A program made the position numbers and the translations under genes. A stretch of DNA of 64,000 nt from the human T2T-CHM13v2.0 reference genome, Homo sapiens, in the NCBI RefSeq assembly GCF_009914755.1, contig NC_060930.1, one strand, 5' to 3'. Shown one piece after another: positions 1 to 15,335 of this stretch. The notes under the pieces were generated by a model. The model searched no databases, had not been told where the DNA came from, and saw nothing but the letters and a program-made list of their open reading frames with translations. The number at the start of each line of letters is the position of its first letter. Positions within the stretch are counted from its first letter, which is position 1.

Positions 1-2128
1 AACCTGCCCCATTGATCCTATTACCTCCTACCTGGTTCCTCCCATGACACATGGGGATTATGAGAGCTGCAATACAATATGAGATTTGGGTGGGGACACA
101 GCCAAACTATATCATTCCACTTCTGGCCCCTCCCAAATCTCATGTCCTTACATTTCAAAAACAATCATGCCTTCCCAACAATCCCCCAAAGTTTTAACTC
201 ATTCTAGGATTACCTCAAAAGTCCACAGTCCAAAGTCTCATCTGAGACAAGGCAAATCCCTTCCGCCTATAACCCTGTAAAATCAAAAGCAAGTTAGTTA
301 CTTCCTAGATACAGTGGGGGTAGGGTACAGGTATTGGGTAAATGCACCCATTCCAAATTGGAGAAATTGGCCAAAATGAAGGACTACAGGCCCCAGGCAA
401 GTCTGAAATCCAGCAGGGCAGTCAAATGATAAAACTCCAAAAGGACCTCCTTTGACTTCATGTCTCACATCCAGATCATGCTGATGCAAGAGTTGGGCAC
501 CCACAGCTTTGGGCAGCTCCACCCCTGTGGCTTTGCAGGGTACAGCCCCCCTCCTGGCTGCTTTCACAGGCTGGCATTGAGTGTCTATGGCCTTTCCAGG
601 TGCACGATGCAAGCTGTTGGTGGATCTACTACTCTGGGCTCTAGGGAATGGTGGCCCTCTTTTCACAGCTCCACTATGCAGTGCCGCAGTGGGGACTCTG
701 TGTAGGGGCTTCCACCCCACATTTCCCTTCTGCACTGCCCTAGCAGAGGTTCTCTGTGAGGGCTCCAACCCTGCTGCAAACTTCTGCCTAGACATCCATG
801 CATTTCCATACATCCTCTGAAATCTAGGTGAAGATTTCCAAACCTTAATTCTTGACTTCTGTGCACCCACAGGCTCAACACCACATGGAGGCAGCCAAGG
901 CTTGGGGCTTGCACCGTCTGAAGCAACGGCCTGAGCTGTACGCTGGCCCTTTTAGCCACTGCTGGGACACAGGGCACCAAGTCCAGGGGACTTCACAAAG
1001 CACCAAGGCCCTGGGCCTGGCCCACAAAACCATATTTTTCCTCCTAAGCCTCCTGGCTTGTGATGGGAGGGGCTCCCTAAAGACCTCTGGCATGCCCTGG
1101 AGACATTTTCCCTAGTGTCTTGGTGATTAACATTTGGCTTCTTGTTACTTATGCAAATTTCTGTAACTGGATTGTATTTCTCCTCAGGAAATGGATTTTT
1201 CCTTTCTATTGCATTATCAGGCTGCAAATTTTCCAAACTTTTATGGTCTGCTTCCCTTTTAAATATAAGTTCCAATTCCAAACCATATATCTGTAAATAC
1301 ATAAAACTAGATTTTTTTTTAACAGCACCCAAGTTACCTCTTGAATGCTTTGCTGCTTATAAATTTTTTCCACCAAACACCCTAAATCATCTCTCTCAAG
1401 TTCAAAGTTCCACAGATCTCTAGGCCAGGGGCAAGAACATAGCAAGAGTCACCTTTATTCCAGTTCCCAAGAAGTTCCTCATCTCCATCCAAGACCCCCT
1501 CAGCCTGGCCTTTATTGTCCATATCATTATCAGCATTTTGGTTGAAGCCATTCAACAAATCTCTAAGAAGTTCCAAACTTTCCCACATCTCCCTGTCTTC
1601 TGAGACCTCCAAGTCTCTAGGAAGTTCCAAAGTTTCCTTCATTTTCCTGTCCTTTGCTGAGCCCTCTAAACTGTTCCAACCTCTGCCTCTTACCAGTTCC
1701 AAAGTCATTTCCACATTTTCAGGTATCCTTGTAGCAGTATCCCACTCTATTGGCACCAATTTACTGTATTAGTCTGTTCTCAAACTGCTGATAAAGACAT
1801 ACCTGATACTGGGTAATTATTAAAGAAAAAGAGGTTTAATTGATGCACAGTTCCACATGGATGGGAAAACCTCACAATCATGGCAGAAGGTGAAAGAGGA
1901 ACAAAGGCATGTCTTACATGGCAGCAGGCAAGCAAATGTGTGCAGGAGAACTGCTATTTATAAAACCATCAGCTCTCATGAGACTTATTCACTATCATGA
2001 GAACAGCATGGGAAAAATCTGCCCCCGTGATTCAATTACCTCCCACCATGTCCCTCCGATTACACATGGGATTATGGGAGCTGCAATTCAAGATGAGATT
2101 TGTGTGGGGACACAGCCAAACCATATCA
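1..2128 (-). mobile_element. THE1 (MaLR) proviral-type element: 5' LTR 1765-2128, internal region 115-1764, partial 3' LTR 1-114
   Basis: LTR reads TGATATGGTTTGGCTGTGTCCCCAC...GACTAATACA on the minus strand; internal region starts GTAAATTGGTGCC; the same LTR start recurs at 114. Confidence 0.9.
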
Positions 2129-2269
2129 ATTCCTATAACATATTGTCTTATATTATTAAGGATTGTTAACTCCTAAAAAAGAAAAAAAATACTGGCCTAT
2201 TTGCCCTGTCATGTGTTATGAAACCTCGTCCATTCATTCAAAGAGTATTTATTAATTTTTTGTTTCAAT

Positions 2270-3445
2270 CTTGAGCCCTCATCCTTTCCCTCTGGACTTT
2301 CTCTGTGGCATAATCATATATACTTGCAGGTCTTTAACTACCATCTACAGGCTATTAACTTTCAATAACTCCAACTCAGACCTCTCTTGAGAGATCAAGG
2401 CATGTATATCTAGTTTTCTCTCAATATCTCCTATCAAATATTTCATGGACATTTAAAATTCAACCAATCTAAAACTGAAGTCATCATCTCTCCCCCCACC
2501 CTAAACATCCACTTCATTGTTCAAGCTAGAAGCCTCATACCACCTGCCCTCTTTTATTACATCCAAATCTGATTGATCTTTCTCAACTATACCTGTTGTT
2601 CTTTGCATCTGCCACTAGTTTCGCCTATGGATATCTCTCAGCAAACTATTATCATAAGTTCCTAACTGTTCTGCCATGGAAAGTCGTAAATAAGACCAGC
2701 ATTTTTTTTCTGAGACAGAGTCTCACTCTGTTGCCCAGCATGAAGTGCAGTGGTGTGACCTCAGCTCACTGCTACCTCAGCTTCCTGGGTTCAAGCAATT
2801 CTGATGTCTCAGCCTCCCAAGTCTCTGGGATTACAGGCATGTAATCCCATTGCCACCATGCTCAGTTAATTTTTTCTATGTTTAGTAGAGATGTGGTTTC
2901 ACCATGCTGGCCAGGCTGGTCTCAAACTCCTAGACTCAAGTGATCCACCCACCTCAGCCTCCCAAAGTGCTGGGATTACAGGTGTGAGACAACTTGCCCG
3001 GCCTAGAACCAGACTTTTTTAAATATCCTACAAAACTCAGATGATCACACCCTTCACTACCTTTCTAACCCACCTTCTGTCATTCCACCTTGCTAACTGT
3101 GGTCTAACCACTTGAGACTCCTTTCATTTCCTCTAATACATCAGGTTCTTCCCATATCAGCCTTATACGTGCTATTTCCATACCTGGAATGTCCTTCTTT
3201 CCCCCATCCACCAAGCTGACTCCTCTGTCAGTTCTCAGCTTCACCTTCTCACAAACTAGGTTATACCATCACTAAACACTGAATACCCTTTCATGATACC
3301 TATCACATTCAATATTATCTTTGTGTATTTTCCTCTTTCCCACTAGGGACAAAAACACTGCTGTCTTGCTCACTACTATATTCCCTGGACCTCAAAAAGT
3401 GTCTGGCAAGTAATAGGGGCTCAATAAGTATTTGTTGAGTGAGAA
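2270..3445 (+). mobile_element. L2 remnant interrupted by an Alu
   Basis: L2-like 3' end gtctggcaagtaataggggctcaataagtatttgttgagtga at ~3400-3445 and degenerate internal L2 motifs. Confidence 0.6.
2702..3003 (-). mobile_element. Alu (old, J/S type)
   Basis: T-tail, gagacagagtctcactctgttgcccag ... cccaaagtgctgggattacagg ... ggcc. Confidence 0.95.
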
Positions 3446-3487
3446 GTTAATAATCTAACCAACTATTTCATAATTTCATACTATGTC

Positions 3488-3855
3488 TGCTGTAGACTAA
3501 GTGTGTCCCCAAAAATTCATGTGTTAAAACTTAATTGACTTTGCAATGGTAATAACAGGTGGGGCCTTAGGTGACTAAGTCATGAGGGTACAGCCCTAAT
3601 GAATGGGATTCATGACCTTATAAAAGGTGAGAAAAAGCTGTTTACCACTACCTTCTTTGCCCTTCCATTTCTTCTGCTGTGTGAGGATACCTAGATGGTG
3701 TCATCTATGAGGAATGGGCCCTCACTAGACACCAAACATGGCTGCACTTGATCTTGGGCTTCCTCACTTCCAGAACTGTGAATAATAAATTTCTGTTGTT
3801 TATAAATTACCCAGTCTCAGGTATTTTTAAATAGCAGTATAAACAGACTAAGACA
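3488..3855 (+). mobile_element. MaLR solo LTR (MSTD/MLT1A-like)
   Basis: TG...CA ends; ccagaactgtgaataataaatttctgttgtttataaattacccagtctcaggtat...agactaagaca. Confidence 0.8.
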
Positions 3856-3879
3856 ATATACTTGTATATGTTTCTTTTC

Positions 3880-4030
3880 TCAGTGCCTGAGTTTCCTCAT
3901 CTATAAAATGCAGCCATAAACAATACCTGTCTTAAAGGGTTGTGGTTAGAATTAAATGAGTATGTAAAGAGTCAAACAATATCTGACCTATAGAAGTGTC
4001 ATATGCTTTAGTTAATATTATAATGTTATT
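3880..4030 (+). mobile_element. MIR
   Basis: Core cctgagtttcctcatctataaaatg...gggttgtggttagaattaaatgag. Confidence 0.75.
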
Positions 4031-4209
4031 GTTTATTTTAAAAATCATCATGCAAAACAAAGCTGTTATAAGTGTATTTTGCTGAACTTTGTTACTTTTT
4101 AGACAGCTAAATGATGCACATCTTCCAATTTTCTATCCACAGATGGAAGATTGATTGCATAGAGAGGATTCTTTACAAAATTTTCTCTAAGTCCAGGTAT
4201 TTTCAATAC

Positions 4210-4890
4210 TTTTTTCTGGTAAGAACATTTAACATGAGATTTATCCTTTTAGCAAATTTTTAAGTGTACAATACAGTATTGTCAACTACAGTTACAATGC
4301 TGTACAGCAGAACTCTAAACTTAATCAGCTTGCATAAGTTAAACTTTATTCTCATTGTTAAAAGATAAACTTTGGCATAAACTTTTAAAGAGTTTATTTG
4401 AGCAGACAGGATTCATAAATTGGGCAGCTTCAAACTAGAAGCAGTTCTGGGGCTCTATCCAGGGGCATGAGGAGAATGCTTTTATAGGGTAAAGATGGAA
4501 GCAAGCCAAAGAAAATATTTGATTGGTTAAAGAGGAGCGGTATCCTTATTTGGATCATTCCAGTGGAAAGTCCGTATTTAGAGGTGAGTTGGTGCTTTCT
4601 GATTGGTTAAGACAATTTATGCAGAGTTGGGCTTCAGTTTGCTTACACAGGAACCCAGGGCACTGGAGCCATCTGAGTCTACCAGCCACACAATTAATTA
4701 TTTTAAACCATTTAATAGCAGCTCCCCTTCCTCGCCACTCTCACCTCCTGGTAGCTTCCACACTACTCTCTCTGTGAGTTTGAATATTTTAGATATCTCA
4801 TATAAATGAAGTCATGCCATATTCATCCGTGTCTGACTTATTTCAGTACAATGTCCTTCAAGTTCATCCATGTAGTCACATATAGCAGAA
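4210..4890 (-). mobile_element. L1MA-type 3' end, split by an LTR
   Basis: taagtgtacaatacagtattgtcaactac...tgctgtacagcag; resumes at 4708 and continues to gttcatccatgtagtcaca. Confidence 0.75.
4356..4707. mobile_element. ERV1-class solo LTR inserted in L1
   Basis: Starts TGTTAAAAGATAAACT; gtttatttgagca and gattggtta motifs; 4-bp TSD-like TCAT/CCAT; L1 sequence continues across it. Confidence 0.6.
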
Positions 4891-4904
4891 TTTCTTTCTT
4901 CTTT

Positions 4905-5409
<505 letters not shown>

Positions 5410-5928
5410 TCCTTCCATTGTATTACATTGTTTACATATACCATATTTCCTTTATCCAAAATTTTAGTTAAATTTTTGACTTACAAATGTAAACTCCAAG
5501 TGAAGTATATATTAATAAAAATTCCTTTAAGTGTTTCTTCTATTATTTTTCAAATGCCTCTTAAAATTGATATGGTAAAATTTTAAATCATTCTACTAGA
5601 TTTGTTCTTCAATATATTAAGTCACTGTTGTGTTATCATGAAAAATATAACTTAGTAAATTCTGCCTCTGCTACACGTTCTCTTGTCAAAATGTTTGTTA
5701 TTTTTAACATTATGTAAACCTTAAGGAATGATGGATTTTGTCCCATCTGTTTGAGGAAAAAAATCTTTGATGTTGGAATTTGAAAATAAAATAATTATTA
5801 CATTTTCTCACCCTCACATGCCAAGAACTCACCAAAATCTTGTCACTTGGCATAAAGTCTCTAAACACTTATCAAGGATGTTAAATCATGCTTATAATAT
5901 AGTTTTATTATGGCTGCTGCTTATAGAG

Positions 5929-6448
5929 TGAGGGGTATCCTAATATGCCACCCATAATATGTCACTTTGGCAGAGGCAATTGAGAATCAACAGATGCACA
6001 AAGAAGTTTCCCTTATCTGACTAATAGCAGCATATTCTGAGAAATAGGGCTACCATAAATTTCTTCTTCAAGATGGATGTAACCTTAGAAGGGAGGTGAA
6101 TAAAACCTACATCAAATCCCTTCTCTAGTGAAGTTTTATGGCCCTGAAAGAGAGGAAAAGACTATTCAAACCTATACAGACAAATATTACCACGTTCTTC
6201 TTCCATTTCTTCTCCTAAAAAGAGAAGATCTATTTATCTTTCCCATATATGTCTTTTGTCCCCACTCCCTTTCTCCTACTAAGGTAGGTATATGAGTCTC
6301 TAACCATTTAAGGAGCTGTCTTTTGTGGGCTCCCATATGCATACAGAAAAATTATTTCTCTTGTTAGTCTGTCTGTTGTCCATTTAATTCACAGACCCCA
6401 GGAAATAAACATAGCAGAGTAGAAGAAAAGTTGTTTTCTTCTCCTACA
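5929..6448 (+). mobile_element. ERV1 solo LTR, MER34-family-like
   Basis: TG...aatatgccacccataatatgtcactttggca...ttctcctaCA; flanks AGAG/AGGG. Confidence 0.65.
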
Positions 6449-7026
6449 AGGGTTAAATTGTATACTCCCAAATAACAAAATTAAATAATAGACTAATAAT
6501 CATGTTGACCTTTAAGTTCTTGCCATGTGACTGCCTTTTGGAAGAAATCACTTAGAAACCAAATTAATCTATTTGATACATTAACATAGCACTTTGCTGG
6601 ATGAGACCCAACATTGATCTGAGTGAGATCAAAGTCTATTCTGTGCAGGTAGTGCTAACACACAAGCAAGCCTCATGTCACTTTTAAAAAGGACAGTCTC
6701 CATATTGGCCATGCTCATGCTTAGGGAAGGAATCGTCCTGGCTAGCAACCCCTACTGTCCATGCAGCTCATGGCCAATCGTGTTTTTGCTATGTTTGGCC
6801 CCTCTTCTAACACACTGTCAAATGTCCTCTGTCCCTATGTCCACTGTCATCTACAATTTTTCTTTTAAATATTTAGGGCCCTGCAGACACAACCCCAGAC
6901 ATCTGATACATAAAATATGCCCTTTATATATATTTCATTTTCAACTCACCTGGGCTTTAAAGTTAACAGTGTGAAGGATTTTGCAAATAGATAAGGGAGA
7001 ACATTTTTCCTTCTAGTTCTAGGTAG

Positions 7027-7421
<395 letters not shown>

Positions 7422-9962
7422 ACTTAGGCCTTTTTTTACTCTCTGAAATGTAGTGCTTCAAACACTAAGTATTTGGCTTTAAAGTTAGCTTGTTTTGTAA
7501 TATTAAAAGGACAGAAGCAAAATTAAATATGAGAGGCTACTAAATACAGAGCTCCAGAAAAGCTACATGAATGTGTTTTGCCCCATTAAACCCCAATAAT
7601 GCAGTAATGTTGTTAATGGCTTGGAACTGCTGTTGGGATATGATTCCAATAGGACTCATTTGATCAGCAAATTATGTCAAAGAACACAAACAAGTGACTT
7701 TAATAAATGGAGCATCTTTAAACCTTTTAATTGCTTGTGAAACTTAAGTCTGGAAGCAGTAAAATTGTAACCAAAAATACATGACAATTTTAGTTACTTT
7801 TCTGCTTTCAAAGAAATAAAATAATTGTCTCATACCTACCTCACACAACAAAGCTTTCTGTTGATCATCTATCTAGAATCTTTGTGTTTTCAGTTAATAA
7901 GAAGCAGTAGTATTTAGAATTATTCCTTAAGGGTCTGACTGCCAGTTCTACTTAGAAGAAGGATATGAAATTGGAGAGTCTTATTCAGTATTGACCATAA
8001 AAGCCCTTTGTTCCCCATGAATTAAGGTTCCAGGAGTCATCATTAGTCATCCGATGAGCTTTACATGTGCGTTGCTGGACATTGGTACATACACCAGTCT
8101 GGAAGACACTCTCCATTCTATAAAATCCCATCTTATCTAACTTAGGACATGTCTATATAATAGACCTATTTGTGCATTTTGAATCCATTGGCCTTATAAA
8201 TCTATTTAAATTGAATAGCATTGAGATCTTTCAAACAAAGTATGCCTGCAGTAAATGCTGTAGAAGTAAAATAAGTGGGTCACACACCAATTGCCTGTAT
8301 TCTACAATGTAGAACAGTGAAGGAGAGCAGGCCCAGCAGTGCTGAGGCATAGCAAAGCTTACAATGGGGTTTCTTTCGAGAATGTGTGAGCTGCTTCTTG
8401 CGCTGCACTCTAAATACCATGCAGAAGGTCAGGATTTAATTTGCCAGCCTTCCATCGAAGGGTAATTTGAAGCCTGCTTCTTATAGTCTCCCATCCCCCA
8501 ATGTGATGAAATTTAGCCCATAGAACATATTTCCATGAGAAAGAGGCATCTGTATTTCTGCCATTACACAGGCGTCACCTCAGCATTCCTTTCTACCTAC
8601 CAAAAACTTTTGGAAAAAGGGATTCATTTAATCTCCTTTTTAATGTGACCCAATATGTTTTCACAAATGGGAGATTTTCTCAAATGTGGCATTCATAACA
8701 CTCTGTGTGGGTTTGTGTGGCATGAGTAAATCAAACAGGAACCTCACCATTTTGACAGTCTGATTTAACTGGACCATTTTAAAGCACTAAAGCAGCCAAG
8801 AGCAAACACAGACAAGCCAACCAAGGAATTTTTAAGTTGGTCCAATTGAACCACATGTTTATTCACACAGACAACCTCCATCACCTGAAAAACTCCGAAT
8901 TTAATTATATTCCATGGTTTTAAGGATTTCATTAGAGATTTTTAAAGACAAGAGTTACTCTGTACCCTACCTATCAAAAGAAATATTTGTGGTTAGCAGA
9001 GCTGCGCCTGCATGATCTAGACCCATCATTGCCACTCTTAATCACTACATCATCATCAAAAAATCCCGACAGCATGCTTGGGCCAGTACTAGACATAATT
9101 GTTTGGTTAATTCCATAGGAAGCTTGATTCACTGAATTTAATTGGAACCAATCTACGCTATTGGTTTTCTCTTTAAGCACTAAGAGGCAAATGAGCCCAT
9201 TGTGTTTCATGTAGAATAATCAGCTTATAATCTGTTCATTTAAGCAGAAGGCTGACTTAGACAGACTAGCTTTGACCAGACTTACTCAACCACGATGAAA
9301 TCAACTTCCATCCCAGTTCTACAATGTGGTGACTTTGTATCTGATACCGCAGTCTTTGTGTTGCCAGCGCTTAGTCCTCTGAAGATGTACTTCAGTCTAC
9401 TTGAGGATCCCAAAGAGATGACCAAGAAAACAAGCTCACTTCAGAACAGTTAGCAATTTTCCAGCTACTTTAAGAGATAAGAGAAATTCTCTCATACCTT
9501 TCAGTCAGCTGTTAAGTTTCATGGTCCATGTAAAGGGAGGAATTGGTTACTGAAAAATCAAAGGATCTCTTTACTGCCAGTGCAACTATGTAGAACTAGG
9601 AAATCTATAACCAAAATGAATTATGATACAGAAACACAGATCTTTTGTTCTCTGAACTCCACAAAAACACTGAACAACAAAAAAAGAAACTTTGGACAAA
9701 AAAAAAGTATAGGTTAAAAGGGGGAAGAATTTATTTGGCCAAAGGGAAGAAAAGAAAAACTGACTCCAAGAATACCTGATACATGAAGAGTTTCTTCTTT
9801 GTGATATCTTAGTTATTGACCTCAATGAACCAAGAAGCCAGGGAATGAAGAGCTCTTAAAACATTTTCTACTTCTAAGAATCCAAAATTCTATATTCAAA
9901 CATGACGATATAATAGACTTGAAAATAGTATAAACAATTTTTTTGCATCAATTTAGCAAACA

Positions 9963-11557
9963 CAGTGATGTGTTGCTTAACAATGGGGATACATCCTAAG
10001 AAATGCATCGTTAAGTGAATTCATTGTGCAAACATCATGGAGTGTACTTACAGAAAGTAGATACAGAACCTACTACACACATAGGCTATACAGTATAGCC
10101 TATTCTCCTAGGCTACCAACCTGTGCAGCATGTTACTGTACTGAATACTTATAGGCAATTGTAACACAATACTAAGTATTTGCATCTCTAACCATATCTA
10201 AACATAGAAAAGGTACAGTAAAAATAAACTATAAAAGATAAAAAATGACGCGCCTGCATAGGGCACTTAAATGGAGCTAGCAGGATGGAAAGTTGCTGTA
10301 GGTGAGTCAGTGAGTGAGTGGTGAGTGAATGTGAGGACCTAGGACTCTAGACTTTATAAACACTGTACACTTAAGCTATACACATTTACTTAAAATATTT
10401 TTTCAATAATATATTAACCTTAGCTTACTGTTACTTTTTTACTTCATAAACTTTTAAATTTTCTAACTTTTTGACTATTTTCTAATCATACAGCTTAAAA
10501 CACAAACACATAGTACAGCTGTACAAAAATATTTTTTTCTTTATATCCTTATTAATATAGTGTGGACATTTGTCCCCTCCAAATCTCATGTTGATATGTA
10601 ATCCTCGATGTTGGAGGCAGGGCCTGGTGGGAAGTGTTTGTATCAGATTCCTCATGAATGGCTTGAGCTATCCCCTTGGTGATAAGTGAGCTCTAACTCT
10701 AAGTTCACATGAGATCTGGTCATTTAAAAGCATGCAGTACCTCCCCCATGCCCCACTCTCTCTCTCGCTCCTGCTTTCACCATGTGACGTGACTGCTGCC
10801 GCTTCACTTTCTGCCATGATTGTAAGCCTCCTGAGGCCTCGCTAGAAGCTGAGTAGATGCACGGGCCATGCTTCCTGTAAAGTCTACAGAACCGTGAGCC
10901 ACTTAAACCTCTTTTCTTATAAATTAGCCAGTCACAGGCATTTCCTTATAGCAATGTAAGAATGGCCTAATACACTTATTCTATAAGCTTTTTCTATTAA
11001 ATTTTTTTTTTACTATTTAAACTTTTTTGTTAAAAATTAAAACACAAACACACACACATTGGCTTAGGCCTACACAGGGTCAGGATCATCAATATCACTG
11101 TCCTCCACCTCCACAATTTGTCCCACTGTGAGGTCTTCAATGGCAATAACATGCATGGAGCTGTTATCTCCTATGAAAACAATGCCTTCTTCTGGAATTC
11201 CTCCTGAAGAACCCTCCTGAGGCTGTTTTACAGTTACTTTTTTTTAAAAAAATAATCAGAAGGAGTACACTCTAAAATAACAAGTATAATATAGTAAGTA
11301 CATAAACTAGAGTCATTTATTATCATTATCAAGTATTATGTACTGTACATAATTGTGTGTGCTATGCTTTTATACGACTGACAGCACAGTAGGTTCATTT
11401 GCGCCAGCATCACCACAAAGACCTGAGTAATGAGTTGCACTGTGATGTTAAGATGGCTACAACATCACTAGGTGATAGAAATTTTTCAGCTCCAATAAAA
11501 CTACCATCACATATGTGGTTCGTCATTGACCAAAATGCTGTCGTGCAGTGCACGCTT
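9963..11557 (-). mobile_element. Tigger3/Golem (MER7)-type DNA transposon, interrupted by an MST LTR
   Basis: Left end cagtgatgtgttgcttaacaatggggatacat; right end cattgaccaaaatgctgtcgtgcagtgcacg; internal gtgagtcagtgagtgagtggtgagtgaatgtg. Confidence 0.85.
10553..10974 (+). mobile_element. MSTB-like MaLR solo LTR
   Basis: gtcccctccaaatctcatgttg...aatggcctaataca; perfect 5-bp TSD CTTAT. Confidence 0.9.
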
Positions 11558-11769
11558 TATTTTTAAGAGCTTATCACATATTCAGCTATGTTCATCTTCA
11601 ACAATGTAATACTTTAGTGCTCTGTAAAAATTCTCTTTGTAATTCTATTCCTTGAGAGTCATGATACCTGCATTCTGCCTTAGCTCTTTCACTTTGTATA
11701 TATGAGTATTTATGTCACTTACATGTCGTAAAATCCGATTTCTCATATTCTTTTCAGCTCAGGACCTAA

Positions 11770-11975
11770 AGCCAAAAAGACCTAAGTTTGAATCCTGTCC
11801 CAGATATGTAACAACTGTAATAAAATAACACATTTTAAACTTCTATAAGCTTCAATTTGCCCATGTGCAAATGACGATAATAATAGTATTTTCCTAATAA
11901 GGTTAGTATGAAGACTAAATGAAACAATGCGTGTAAAAGAACTTGTAATGCAGAAGTCATAGTAAATGTAAAATA
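11770..11975 (+). mobile_element. MIR
   Basis: gtttgaatcctg...cttcaatttgcccatgtgcaaatg...gaagactaaatgaaacaatg. Confidence 0.7.
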
Positions 11976-12039
11976 AATCTTATTATTCTTATATAAGTGA
12001 AAACACATATGTTTTTGCAAAGTATTAATTTCTGCCGTT

Positions 12040-12490
12040 ACGGATGTTATATCCTCGTGGGGGCGGCAGGCAATAGATAATATAATTCCAGGTAGTGGTA
12101 AGTGCTGGGCAGGAAAATAAAACGGGAGAAAAATGTCAGACAGCTGTGTGGAAGGTTGTTCTAGACAGGGAAGACCATTCTGCTGGGGCAACATGTGCAC
12201 AGAGATCTGCCTGGTGCGCAGACATCAGCCATGCTTACATCTGGAGGCAAAGTCCAAAAGGCCCCAAGAAAAATATTTAGTCCCCAAGGAGGAAATTAAC
12301 TTGGGGAAAAGGGAAAATATCTATGGTGGAGTCAGAGGAGAGAAGGGTCACCTAAGAGGAATCAGGCCAACCTTACAGGCCATAGGAAAGACTTTCTATT
12401 GAACTTAACTTTAGAAAGCCATTGAGCAATTTTGAGCAAGAGCAGAACTTGATCTCATTTATTTTTAAAGATCATTCCAGGGGCTGCCTT
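12040..12490 (-). mobile_element. L2 remnant
   Basis: caggtagtggtaagtgct...gaaagccattgagcaattttgagcaag...aaagatcattccag. Confidence 0.6.
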
Positions 12491-14560
12491 CAGTTACTCT
12501 ATTACAAATCATAGCTGTGCTTTTTGGTATTCTTTCTATCTTTCTTGTACTTTTGTGTCCCTTTACCCAAACACCAATTTTCTTTCTGAAAAGGCTCCTG
12601 GGTCTATCTCAAAACATCACCAGGAGAAAAATAAATTTATATTTCTGACTGGGAAATAGGCTCGGTTTTAGTACGTCTTAGGATAAAATTGTATTTTTTG
12701 GAATGGAATATGCTACACTGACATTTTTAAGATTAAACTGTATCGTTTTAGTTATGCCAATACAGCTTTTAAATAAGTTTTCTCCATATCGTTATCAATA
12801 TTTACAATATTTCTCAAATATTCATATGAATGTATTCATTTGGAAATTTTTGGGAGCTAATTACCACAATTATACCTGTAAAAACTTGTATGTCCTCTAA
12901 TCACAATGCTGCAAGTTTATAACTGTTTTTAACATTAGTGTTTATATAATTTATTTTTAAGGTATAATTTCATATTCTCTGGTTTATTTAGCACTTGATC
13001 AAGACCCAAGGAGTCAGTTTAACTGACTGTGTGACAGCAAATTTCTTAACCATTTATGACTTTGGTTTCCTCATCTACAAAATAAGGATACTAGATTGAA
13101 AGTGATGGGGTTATTTTTCCTTCCACAAATGTTATTGTAAGCATTCAACCAAGCATTTATATATAAATTGTATGCCATTTATTCATTTACTCGGCTAGTC
13201 TTTTCATTTAGTCTGGCTTTCCAATACTTCCCTTAACTTTTGATATTTTAATTTTTCATATAGTCTCTTCTTTCTTAGTTAGTATCTGACTAGCTTCATA
13301 TAGAGTAAAAATAAATTTTAAAAATTTTATTTATGTGCTGGTTTTTCTTACATTCCCCAAAATTAGCTTTCTTAATTTCCCTATATGACAATATATTGCC
13401 CATAGATTATCAATTGAAAATTAAATCTTAAATAAGTCCTTGGGAAATAATGTAATGGCATTATATCATTACTGAATAAACCAATTTTGCCTAAAATTGG
13501 CTCCTAAACATTATGATTTTGGACTTACACCAAGTCTTAGGCTCTGAAATGGCACTCCCTCCAAAGCTACTCAGATGGTCTAGATTCTAGACTAAGAAAA
13601 GAATGGAAGAGAAGAGAATACTCCAAATGCTGCTGTGTTTCTTTGCCCCTATTTTAGGAGCCTAGATCTAAAGATTTCTTAATTTCCCTTCTACTTCTAT
13701 GATAAGGTACCTACAAAAGTTGGAGTTAATCCAAAGAAAAGCAATCATTGGTAGCAGATTTAGTAAAAGGAGATCTTAAAAGGCTAACTACTCAATAGTA
13801 ACAAAAAAGGGGAAATTAAGCAATGCTCACTACATGTCTGGAAAATATTAAATGATGCAGAACAATGGGAAATTTATACAGGGTATAAAAGCATAAATCA
13901 GGAGTCAATGAAAGGGACATATAAGCAGACTAGATTCTGGACGAGCATTTCTCAACTCTCACATGCTGTGTCTCATGGTGTTGCTGGGAATGTTCTCGGA
14001 ACTGTGGAATTTTTCAGTGTGAAAAACTCATTTCTGTTAGAAATGCAGCCACATAATATTATAATGTGAGCACTTAGAGTAGACTTGATGAAGTGGGATA
14101 CAGCTAGCACTAAGGAAAAGATAAGAAGGCATAATGTCCAAACAATATTGAAGAAAAATTATGTATTTACAAGACTAGACAAGAAATTTGCTTTGTGACT
14201 ATAAGACAGAATGTAGAACAGCAAAGAGTTTTTCTCAAAGGCACGGTTCAGAAAAGCAATCAAATAAATAATGTACTATCTATGGATGCTTTTCTAAAGT
14301 CTGTGAGATCTTGTTATAAGCAGAAATGTTTTTATTGTAAATTTTTCTGATTTGTTTTGAGACTTTCAAGTGTTACAAATTTTCAGCAACAGTTGTATTC
14401 AAAAGGGTGTCCCACACACAAAAAGGCTGTCAACCAATTACATAGAAGAGTGATTTTAATTCAGGGTGGGGGAGATAAGCATCACCACATCCCTAGTTTC
14501 TTACATATAGCCCAAGCGACCAGGCCACCATGATTTTTCCCAGAATTATTGATGTGTTGA

Positions 14561-14884
<324 letters not shown>

Positions 14885-14951
14885 AATTAAATTGTTGTAA
14901 GTTTGAGAAAAATGTGCTCTAAAAAATATTTCTAACATTGTAATCAATCTG

Positions 14952-15335
14952 TGTGTTAGTCCTTTCTCACACTGCTATAAAGAGTACTACCTGAGACTGG
15001 GTAATTATAAAGGAAAGAGGTTTAATTGACTCACAGTTCCGCAGAGTGAACAAGAAGCATGGCTAGGAGGCCTCAGGAAACTTACAATCGCGCAGAAGGT
15101 GAAGGGGAAGCAGGAGCCTTCTTCACAAGGCAACAGGAAGGAGTCTGTGCAAGAACAAGGAAGTGCAACACTTTAAAACCATCAGCTTTCATGAGAACTC
15201 ACTCACTATCAGGAGAACAGCATGGAGGAAACCGCCCCCATAATGGAATCACCTCCCACCTGATCCCTCTACTGACACATAGGTATTACAATTCAAGATG
15301 AGATTTGGGTAGGAACACAGAGCCAAACAATATCA
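14952..15335 (-). mobile_element. THE1D/MSTA-like solo LTR
   Basis: tgtgttagtcc...gccaaacaatatca; perfect 5-bp TSD ATCTG. Confidence 0.9.

Noticed and set aside
298-1772. ORFs of 190, 126 and 125 aa, and a ~55-bp tandem duplication near 1560-1670
   Set aside because: Fragments of the decayed THE1 internal region; I recall the duplication as common in this family.
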